Shown piece after piece: positions 7,649 to 13,828 of a stretch of 13,828 nucleotides of DNA. Under the pieces are notes generated by a model. It searched no databases. It worked only from the letters and a program-made list of their open reading frames with translations, and was not told where the DNA came from. A program made the position numbers and the translations under genes. How positions within the stretch are numbered: the stretch's first letter is position 1; every line of letters begins with the position of its first letter. Origin of the DNA: Deinococcales bacterium (lineage in GTDB: Bacteria; Deinococcota; Deinococci; Deinococcales; JAAFIG01); contig JANNVX010000027.1 in NCBI GenBank assembly GCA_031414595.1, positions 1 to 13,828 on the forward strand, in the 5' to 3' direction.

Positions 7649-9157
7649 ATGAGTCAATCAAACGACCAGCAGCAAATCAATGAGGATGTCAAAGTCCTGC
7701 ACAGCATGGGCTACGCCCAAGAACTGGCGCGTCGCATGAAGAGCTTTAGTAATTTTGCGATAGCCTTTTCGATTATCTGTATTTTATCTGGTGGCATTAA
7801 CTCGCTTGGACAAGCCATCGGTGGGGCTGGCGGGGCAGCCATCGGGATTGGCTGGCCCATTGGGGTCGGCATCAGTTTTATTTTTGCGCTTGGTATGGCA
7901 CAAATTGCCAGTGCCTACCCAACTGCCGGTGGTTTGTACCATTGGAGCAGTATCCTTGGCGGGCGTGGTTGGGGCTGGGCGACGGGTTGGCTTAATTTAC
8001 TTGGTTTGGTAACGGTGCTTGGCGCAATTAACGTCGGTACGTTCTACTTTTTTATTGGAGCGTTTGGCGGGGCGCTTGGACTCGAGGCAAACTTAACCAC
8101 CCAAGTGATTTTTCTGATTATCCTGACTGGAATTCAAGCGGCGGTCAATCACTTTGGAATTCAATTAACCACCATGCTGACCGATATTTCGGGCTACCTG
8201 ATTTTTGCAGTTGCCATTGCCCTGACGCTTGCCTTAATTATTTATGCGCCAAGCCGCGACTTTGCAAGGCTTTTTACCTTCACCAATTACTCGGGTGAAG
8301 CTGGTGGTAATGTCTGGCCCAGTACCGATCTAACCACGGTTTTTTTACTTGGCTTATTGCTGCCGATTTACACGATTACGGGTTACGATGCTTGCGCTCA
8401 TGTTTCCGAAGAAACGGTCAATGCTCAACGCGCCGTGCCTCGCAGCATTATCTCGAGTACCCTCTGGTCTGGGTTATTTGGCTACATCATGCTTTGCGCC
8501 TTTGTGATTGCTATTCCAGACATGAATGAAGCTGCCAAACAGGGCTTTAATGTCTTTTTCTATGTTATGGGTGCAGTTGTGCCAAGTGGGATTCGAGAAG
8601 TGCTTTATGTCGGTGTGTTTCTGGCACAAGTGCTTTGTGGATTGGCGACAGTTACCAGCGCCTCGAGAATGATTTTTGCCTTTGCTAGAGATGGTGGTTT
8701 CCCAAGTTTCTTAAAGGTGATTGATAAAACCTACCGTACCCCAGTCGCCGCAATTTGGACGGCTGGTATTGTTAGTATCTTATTTACCTTGTACGCCCCT
8801 GTGTACAGCACGATAGTCACGATTTGCGTGATTTTCTTGTTCTTAAGTTATGCCATGCCAATCGGTGCTGGTTTACTGGCGTATGGGAAGACTTGGACAA
8901 CCATGGGTCCTTGGGATATGGGTGCAAGTTTTAGAATTGTTGCAGTTGCGGCTGTTATTTGTATTCTCTTTATTTTTGGTATTGGCATCCAACCCCCAAA
9001 CGATAAAGCCCTTTGGGTGACACTTGGCATGTTTGCTTTACTGATTGCTGCATGGTTTGCCCTCGAGAAGAACCGTTTTACAGGACCACCCACCGGCGAA
9101 GGAATTGCCAAACGCCAAGCCGAGATTAAAGCCACCGAACAAGCCATTGACAACTAG
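7649..9157 (+). CDS. APC superfamily amino acid/amine permease
   Basis: LHSMGYAQELARRMKSFSNFAIAFSII, MAQIASAYPTAGGLYHW, YTITGYDACAHVSEET, SASRMIFAFARDGG, RTPVAAIW; about 12 hydrophobic helices. Start moved to ATG 7649 after the Shine-Dalgarno AAGGAGG (7635-7641). Confidence 0.93.
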   Translation: MSQSNDQQQINEDVKVLHSMGYAQELARRMKSFSNFAIAFSIICILSGGINSLGQAIGGAGGAAIGIGWPIGVGISFIFALGMAQIASAYPTAGGLYHWSSILGGRGWGWATGWLNLLGLVTVLGAINVGTFYFFIGAFGGALGLEANLTTQVIFLIILTGIQAAVNHFGIQLTTMLTDISGYLIFAVAIALTLALIIYAPSRDFARLFTFTNYSGEAGGNVWPSTDLTTVFLLGLLLPIYTITGYDACAHVSEETVNAQRAVPRSIISSTLWSGLFGYIMLCAFVIAIPDMNEAAKQGFNVFFYVMGAVVPSGIREVLYVGVFLAQVLCGLATVTSASRMIFAFARDGGFPSFLKVIDKTYRTPVAAIWTAGIVSILFTLYAPVYSTIVTICVIFLFLSYAMPIGAGLLAYGKTWTTMGPWDMGASFRIVAVAAVICILFIFGIGIQPPNDKALWVTLGMFALLIAAWFALEKNRFTGPPTGEGIAKRQAEIKATEQAIDN

Positions 9158-9206
9158 GAGGAAAGAGGAAGGAGAAAAAAATAGTTCTTCCTCTTTCCTC
9201 TTTTTT
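9158..9206 (+). terminator. Perfect 14-bp inverted repeat plus T6 tract (intrinsic terminator-like) between the permease and the GS-like gene
   Basis: GAGGAAAGAGGAAG (9158-9171) / CTTCCTCTTTCCTC (9187-9200), followed by TTTTTT. Confidence 0.6.
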
Positions 9207-9228
9207 CGTTCCTCTGCCTTTAAGGAGC

Positions 9229-10563
9229 ATGATGATTTCACTAACCGAACTCCGAAGCCTCGTCTCGAGCAATTCAATAGACACCGTAATCATTGCCCTG
9301 ACCGACATGCAGGGGCGTTTAATGGGTAAGCATGTGACTGCCGAATTTTTTTTAGAAGAAGTTGTCCCAAACGGGGCAGAAGGTTGTAACTATTTACTGG
9401 CAGTGGATACCGAAATGCGAACTGTAGATGGCTACGCGCTCAGCAGTTGGGGTACTGGCTACGGCGATTTTGTAATGAAACCCGACCTGAACACCCTAAG
9501 AATCGCCCCGTGGCTCGAGAAAACCGCAATGGTGCAAGTGGATTTAGAAAGCCATGACCATTTGCCAGTCTTGCCAAGCCCTCGGCAAATCCTCAAACGC
9601 CAACTCAAACGGCTCGAGGAGCGCGGGTTGGTGGCACTAGCTGCCACAGAACTCGAGTTTATTTTGTTCAAAGATTCTTACGAAGCCGCTTGGAAAAAAG
9701 CCTACCGTGACCTCGAGCCGTTTAATTATTACAACGTAGATTACAGCATTATTGGCACATCCAGAGCCGAACCCGTGATTGGGCAGATTCGCCGGCAAAT
9801 GACCCAAGCGGGCTTGGTCGTCGAAAATTCCAAAGGCGAATGTAACTTTGGACAGCACGAAGTTAATTTTAAGTACAAAGATGCGCTGTCTACCGCCGAT
9901 GACCATGTGGTCTACAAAACAGGGGCAAAAGAAATTGCCAGCCGCATGGGACACAGCCTAACCTTCATGGCAAAATTCAATGAAAAAGAAGGCAGCAGTT
10001 GCCACATTCATTTTAGTTTACGGCAAAAAGATGGAACACCGATTTTTAAGACCGACCCTGCAAGTTTCGATGCGTTCCTAGCGGGTCAACTGGCTTATTT
10101 GCGTGAACTGACGTTGTTCTATGCCCCAAACATCAACAGCTACAAACGTTATGCCATCGGCAGTTTTGCACCTACTGCCGTAGCATGGGGACGCGATAAC
10201 CGTACTTGTGGACTGCGTGTGGTGGGTTCTGGTGCTTCGCTTCGTCTCGAGAATCGCGTTCCCGGAGCAGATGTCAACCCGTACTTGGCACTGGCTGCAA
10301 TGATTGCCGCAGGGTTACAAGGAATAGACGATAAACTTGTTCTCGAGCCAGAATTTAAGGGCAATGCTTACCATTCAGATAAGCCTCGAGTACCACGCAA
10401 CATGCACGTTGCTCGAGAACTTTTTGCAAATTCGAGCCTTGCCAAAGAAGCCTTTGGGGATGTGGTGGTGGCGCATTACTTAAATTATGCCGATGTTGAA
10501 CTCGATGCTTATGATGCGGCTGTGACTGATTGGGAGCGTTTTAGGGGTTTTGAGCGGTTATAA
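9229..10563 (+). CDS. Glutamine synthetase-like gamma-glutamylamide ligase, GlnA4/PuuA-type
   Basis: IDTVIIALTDMQGRLMGK, EGCNYLLAVDTEM.TVDGY.LSSW..GYGDF (as in actinobacterial GlnA4), ATELEF, SKGECNFGQHE, GSSCHIHFS, NSYKR, WGRDNRT, RLENRVPGADVNPY, VTDWER.RGFERL. The start may be ATG 9232. Confidence 0.9.
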   Translation: MMISLTELRSLVSSNSIDTVIIALTDMQGRLMGKHVTAEFFLEEVVPNGAEGCNYLLAVDTEMRTVDGYALSSWGTGYGDFVMKPDLNTLRIAPWLEKTAMVQVDLESHDHLPVLPSPRQILKRQLKRLEERGLVALAATELEFILFKDSYEAAWKKAYRDLEPFNYYNVDYSIIGTSRAEPVIGQIRRQMTQAGLVVENSKGECNFGQHEVNFKYKDALSTADDHVVYKTGAKEIASRMGHSLTFMAKFNEKEGSSCHIHFSLRQKDGTPIFKTDPASFDAFLAGQLAYLRELTLFYAPNINSYKRYAIGSFAPTAVAWGRDNRTCGLRVVGSGASLRLENRVPGADVNPYLALAAMIAAGLQGIDDKLVLEPEFKGNAYHSDKPRVPRNMHVARELFANSSLAKEAFGDVVVAHYLNYADVELDAYDAAVTDWERFRGFERL

Positions 10564-10564
10564 A

Positions 10565-11128
10565 ATGGTTAAGTTTTATATTGAGATGTATTCAATCCTT
10601 GAAGCTCAAAAAACGGCTCAAATTTTACAGATTTACGAGGATACTGGCTTAGCCACTTTCCTAATCTCTTTTCCATTTCAAAAATTTTCTTTGCTTTCAA
10701 AGGTCATCATCAATAATACAGAGGTAAACGGTATCTATAGCTACCGCAGTAACCAGTGTGAGATTAGCGTTTTTCGTTTGGCAAAAGATTTTGGACAGGT
10801 TTTTAAGTATCAGAATTTTTACAGCATCAGTACACTGGCAATAAACCAGACTCGAGCCATACAGACCACAGCTATTCACGAATTAGGTCATCATATTCAT
10901 GCTTTTTTGCAACAGACATACCCACAATTTTTTCGTAAAACCATGCAAATTCCAATTGTTTTTGGGTTAAGTCAATATGCCCGAAAAGACAACCTCGAGT
11001 ATTTTGCCGAATGCTTTACAGCTTTTGTCTTTTGTAGAGCTAAATTGTTGCAGCATGACCAAATTGGGTATAACATGATTGTAGAAGGGCTTGAAATTTT
11101 GGAGATTCAAGTAAAGGAAATATCATGA
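10565..11128 (+). CDS. Putative zinc metallopeptidase (zincin/gluzincin fold), function unknown
   Basis: TAIHELGHHIH (HExxH) and downstream SQYARKDNLEYFAECF (third-ligand E motif); AT-rich. ATG 10565 directly follows the GS-like stop. Confidence 0.7.
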   Translation: MVKFYIEMYSILEAQKTAQILQIYEDTGLATFLISFPFQKFSLLSKVIINNTEVNGIYSYRSNQCEISVFRLAKDFGQVFKYQNFYSISTLAINQTRAIQTTAIHELGHHIHAFLQQTYPQFFRKTMQIPIVFGLSQYARKDNLEYFAECFTAFVFCRAKLLQHDQIGYNMIVEGLEILEIQVKEIS

Positions 11129-11343
11129 CACAACTGGCAGAACGCCCTATTTTACAACGCTCAGATGCAGAAATAGCCAATGATTTGACTATGACTTTTT
11201 TTGATGGCGTACTTACTCAAGCTGAATATGACAAAGCCATTCAAGAGTTAATCAATCGTCACTTCTCAGCAGAAGCACTGGGTACACTCATCCTCTTTGG
11301 TGAACTCGAGTGGCAACGAAAGTATCGGCAAGAAAATGTTTGA
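11125..11343 (+). CDS. Small hypothetical helical protein, translationally coupled to the peptidase
   Basis: 72 aa, Shine-Dalgarno AAGGA and ATGA overlap with the peptidase stop. Confidence 0.65.
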   Translation: MTQLAERPILQRSDAEIANDLTMTFFDGVLTQAEYDKAIQELINRHFSAEALGTLILFGELEWQRKYRQENV

Positions 11344-11429
11344 ACCACAAACTAAAGCCTTACTCGAGTTTATAGACCAACTCTCGAGCGAGTGCAGTAT
11401 CCAGTGTGAACTAACGAAGGGAGTAATCT

Positions 11430-12203
11430 ATGCGTCTCGAGAATAAAGTGGCTTTAATTACAGGTGGCGGCAGTGGCATTGGCAAAGAATCAGCATTGCT
11501 GTTTGCAAAAGAGGGCGCAAGTGTGGTCGTGGTGGATTTGAACGAAACTGCTGGTCAAGCGGTGGTCTCGAGTATTGTCGCCTCTGGTGGACAAGCCGTG
11601 TTTGCCAAAGCCGATGTTTCTAAAGCCAAAGACTGCCAGAACATGGTGCAGGTGGCAGAGGATACCTTTGGTAAACTGAATGTGATTTTTAATAACGCTG
11701 GTATTTCCCACGCGGACGACGACAACGCCATGAACACCGAAGAAGATGTCTGGGATTTAACTTTTGCGATTAACGTCAAGGGTGTCTTTTTGGGTTGCAA
11801 ATATGCCATTCCTGCTATGCTACGGGCTGGTAGCGGTAGTATTATTAACACCGCTTCATTTGTGGCAGTGCTGGGCGCAGCCACGCCTCAACTGGCGTAC
11901 ACCTCGAGCAAAGGCGCAGTGTTAAGCATGACTCGGGAACTCGCCGCGATTCATGCCCGTCAAGGTATTCGGGTCAATGCCCTGTGTCCGGGTCCACTGC
12001 GTACTGAACTTTTAATGAAGTATTTGGATACCGAAGAAAAACGTCAACGCCGTTTAGTCCATATTCCAATGGGTCGTTTTGGCGAAGCTGAGGAAATGGC
12101 AAAAGCTGCCCTGTGGCTGGCTTCGGACGACTCGAGCTTTACCACTGGGGCAACCTTTTTAGCCGATGGTGGCATCACCAGTGCCTACACCACGCCACTC
12201 TAA
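11430..12203 (+). CDS. Short-chain dehydrogenase/reductase of the glnA4-associated subfamily
   Basis: TGGGSGIG, FNNAGI, catalytic S...YTSSK, GIRVNALCPGP and RRLVHIPMGRF (the last typical of the SDRs next to glnA4); Shine-Dalgarno AAGGGAG. Confidence 0.93.
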   Translation: MRLENKVALITGGGSGIGKESALLFAKEGASVVVVDLNETAGQAVVSSIVASGGQAVFAKADVSKAKDCQNMVQVAEDTFGKLNVIFNNAGISHADDDNAMNTEEDVWDLTFAINVKGVFLGCKYAIPAMLRAGSGSIINTASFVAVLGAATPQLAYTSSKGAVLSMTRELAAIHARQGIRVNALCPGPLRTELLMKYLDTEEKRQRRLVHIPMGRFGEAEEMAKAALWLASDDSSFTTGATFLADGGITSAYTTPL

Positions 12204-12213
12204 AAGCAAACGA

Positions 12214-12238
12214 GGCTCGAGATTTTTGGTCTCGAGCC
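12214..12238. terminator. Hairpin between convergent SDR and ADH genes, built from two CTCGAG sites
   Basis: GGCTCGAGAT-TTTTG-GTCTCGAGCC; 10-bp stem with one G-T pair. Confidence 0.55.
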
Positions 12239-12242
12239 GCAC

Positions 12243-12270
12243 CTCATAGCTCAAGACTCATAGCTCATAG
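12243..12270 (+). repeat. Heptamer tandem repeat (CTCATAG)x4, one degenerate unit
   Basis: CTCATAG CTCAAGA CTCATAG CTCATAG. Confidence 0.75.
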
Positions 12271-12274
12271 CCCT

Positions 12275-13309
12275 TTACGGTATCAAAATCACTTTACTGG
12301 CAACTCGAGTATCAAACAATTCATACCCTTCGGCAGCGTCCTCGAGTGCAAGGCGGTGTGAAATCACGATTGTTGGGTCTATTACGCCTGTTCTGACCAA
12401 TTCTAGGGTTTCGTCTATGTCGCGGTGAATGTTGGCTAAACCAATCCGAAAAGTAATATCTTTGGTCAGGCTTTGCATTAAAGGGTACTCGAAAGTTTGG
12501 GCAGAAGTCACACCAACTGCCGCAATGTACCCACCCGAGCGCACCATTTCAAAAGACATCAGAATCGTTTTAGTACCACCGACAGCTTCGATCACCGCAT
12601 CTACACCGTCACCGTTGGTCAGTGCCATGACTTGCCCGACGGCATCGCTTTTTTGTGCGTTAATCGTCTCTGCGCCCAAACCCGAGGCAAGTTGCAAGCG
12701 CTCCTCGAGCAGGTCAATGGCGAGGACTCGAGTTGCACCAAGGGCAAAGGCACTTTGGATTGCCATGATTCCCACAGGACCACAACCAAGAACAGCCACC
12801 GTACTACCAGCCCCAATTTTGGCGTTTTTAACTGCGCCAAACGCCGTAGTCAGAATATCGCCAGTGAACAGTGCAGCCTCATCAGCCAGACCTTCTGGGA
12901 TAAGCCGCAAATTGATGTTGGCGTTCGGCACTCGAGCATATTCGGCTTGTGTGCCACCCATCGAACCATAAATTGGACCGTAGCCGTAAACGGCAGCATT
13001 CGAGCAGAGGTGAAATTCTTGGCGTTGACAAGCGGTACACGCGCCACAAGCGGTGTGAAAAGTACCAACCACCCTTTGACCGCGCTTAAAACTGGTACTC
13101 GAGCCAGTATCCTCAACAATGCCCGTGAATTCATGTCCGCACGTATCGCCGGGCAGCATTGGAATATCACCGTGGTACAAATGTAAATCTGAGCCGCAAA
13201 TGGCACAACGGGTGACTTTAACAATCACATCGGTTGCCTCGAGAATTTCTGGCTCGGGAGTCTCGAGGACGGCGACTGAACCGATGTCTTGGAAGGTCAC
13301 GGCTTTCAT
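12275..13309 (-). CDS. Zinc-dependent alcohol dehydrogenase (MDR family, formaldehyde-dehydrogenase-like)
   Basis: AICGSDLH, GHEFTG, structural Zn site CGACTACQRQEFHLC, GTQAEYARVP, GDILTT and GCGPVG. Confidence 0.95.
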   Translation of the reverse strand: MKAVTFQDIGSVAVLETPEPEILEATDVIVKVTRCAICGSDLHLYHGDIPMLPGDTCGHEFTGIVEDTGSSTSFKRGQRVVGTFHTACGACTACQRQEFHLCSNAAVYGYGPIYGSMGGTQAEYARVPNANINLRLIPEGLADEAALFTGDILTTAFGAVKNAKIGAGSTVAVLGCGPVGIMAIQSAFALGATRVLAIDLLEERLQLASGLGAETINAQKSDAVGQVMALTNGDGVDAVIEAVGGTKTILMSFEMVRSGGYIAAVGVTSAQTFEYPLMQSLTKDITFRIGLANIHRDIDETLELVRTGVIDPTIVISHRLALEDAAEGYELFDTRVASKVILIP

Positions 13310-13316
13310 ATCGTAA

Positions 13317-13322
13317 ATGTTA
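13317..13322 (-). promoter_or_regulatory. -10 element TAACAT, probable leaderless start of the ADH gene
   Basis: gg-TAACAT-ttacgat-ATG (7-nt spacer), no Shine-Dalgarno. Confidence 0.45.
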
Positions 13323-13330
13323 CCGCAAAT

Positions 13331-13639
13331 TTAGTCCTTTGGGAGTTTCCAACCGCGAAATCGGTAATAGCGCTCTTTTGGTTCTCCTGTTAAACCATTG
13401 ATTCCGAGTTTGGGTAAGTACCAGCCGTGAATCATAATCACAAACCCTGTCAGGATTGCAAGGAATACAAAAAACCATGTTCGTCCCAAAAACGCAGAAA
13501 TTGCAATTGATACACCCCAAAAAAGCAGAATTTTAGCAACTTTGCGAGTTTTGGGCGTATGTTCTTCAAAGTGTCCAAAGAAGATGTTCCCAAAGGCGAA
13601 AATACTGCTGATGATGGCGATTTCAAACCAGTAATTCAT
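13331..13639 (-). CDS. Small hypothetical membrane protein (about 3 TM helices)
   Basis: 102 aa with three hydrophobic segments and polar motifs GHFEEHTPK and HGWYLPKLGINGLTGEPKERYY; same strand as and 21 nt upstream of the ADH. Confidence 0.75.
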   Translation of the reverse strand: MNYWFEIAIISSIFAFGNIFFGHFEEHTPKTRKVAKILLFWGVSIAISAFLGRTWFFVFLAILTGFVIMIHGWYLPKLGINGLTGEPKERYYRFRGWKLPKD

Positions 13640-13640
13640 A

Positions 13641-13664
13641 GTACCTAAAATATATTTTAGGTAC
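13641..13664. promoter_or_regulatory. Perfect 24-bp palindrome abutting the membrane-protein start codon (operator candidate)
   Basis: GTACCTAAAATATATTTTAGGTAC is its own reverse complement. Confidence 0.55.
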
Positions 13665-13750
13665 GCCTAAACCACTAGAGTCTTTTGACTTAGGAACTGT
13701 CCAAGAATAACTTCCTGATTTCAAATAGACCAAAAACAGACAATTGGTCA

Positions 13751-13828
13751 CAGGGCGGACACGGGGGTCCGCCCCTACCTGACGTATTTTTATGGATTTT
13801 GTAGGGACAGACCCCTGTGTCTGTCCTG
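13751..13828. repeat. Inverted pair of GTAG-type REP elements (REPIN-like doublet)
   Basis: The reverse complement of 13751-13778 is GTAGGGGCGGACCCCCGTGTCCGCCCTG; 13801-13828 is GTAGGGACAGACCCCTGTGTCTGTCCTG. Both are GTAG + GC-rich hairpin, separated by a 22-nt spacer. Confidence 0.85.

Noticed and set aside
9229-10563. Calling the gene a housekeeping glutamine synthetase glnA
   Set aside because: It lacks the FDGSS ammonium-site motif and an NLY-type adenylylation loop, has the GlnA4-type N-terminal signature, and sits with a permease and SDR.
12429-13186. Long plus-strand ORFs (180 and 229 aa) and similar shadow ORFs such as 5463-5942 and 6634-7086
   Set aside because: They are antisense to well-supported genes and show no recognisable motifs.
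164-13267. CTCGAG sites as XhoI cloning or ligation artefacts
   Set aside because: Reading frames and protein homology run unbroken through the sites, so they are native sequence.
1-13828. CRISPR array, tRNA or rRNA genes
   Set aside because: No regularly spaced 25-40 bp repeats, cloverleaf or rRNA-like sequence was seen.

Overview
Bacterial chromosomal window (roughly 44% GC by eye). The host is probably Deinococcota; this is inferred from the many leaderless -10/ATG promoters and a PilF-like triple GSPII protein. The left third is a minus-strand defence cluster: RHH antitoxin + MazF/PemK toxin, then hsdM-hsdS of a type IC restriction-modification system, an Rpn PD-(D/E)XK nuclease, and hsdR broken by the end of an IS5-like (DDE_Tnp_4) insertion sequence. 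The plus strand then carries an aldo/keto reductase, an ATPase-less multi-MshEN/GSPII protein and a GlnA4-type amine gamma-glutamylation cluster (APC permease, GS-like ligase, SDR). An AT-rich HExxH metallopeptidase + small-protein pair sits inside that cluster. A Zn-dependent alcohol dehydrogenase, a small membrane protein and a GTAG-type REP doublet end the window. The strongest window-wide signal is a HIP1-like excess of the palindrome CTCGAG (about 71 copies by hand count versus about 2-3 expected), together with near-total avoidance of GATC and GGCC.
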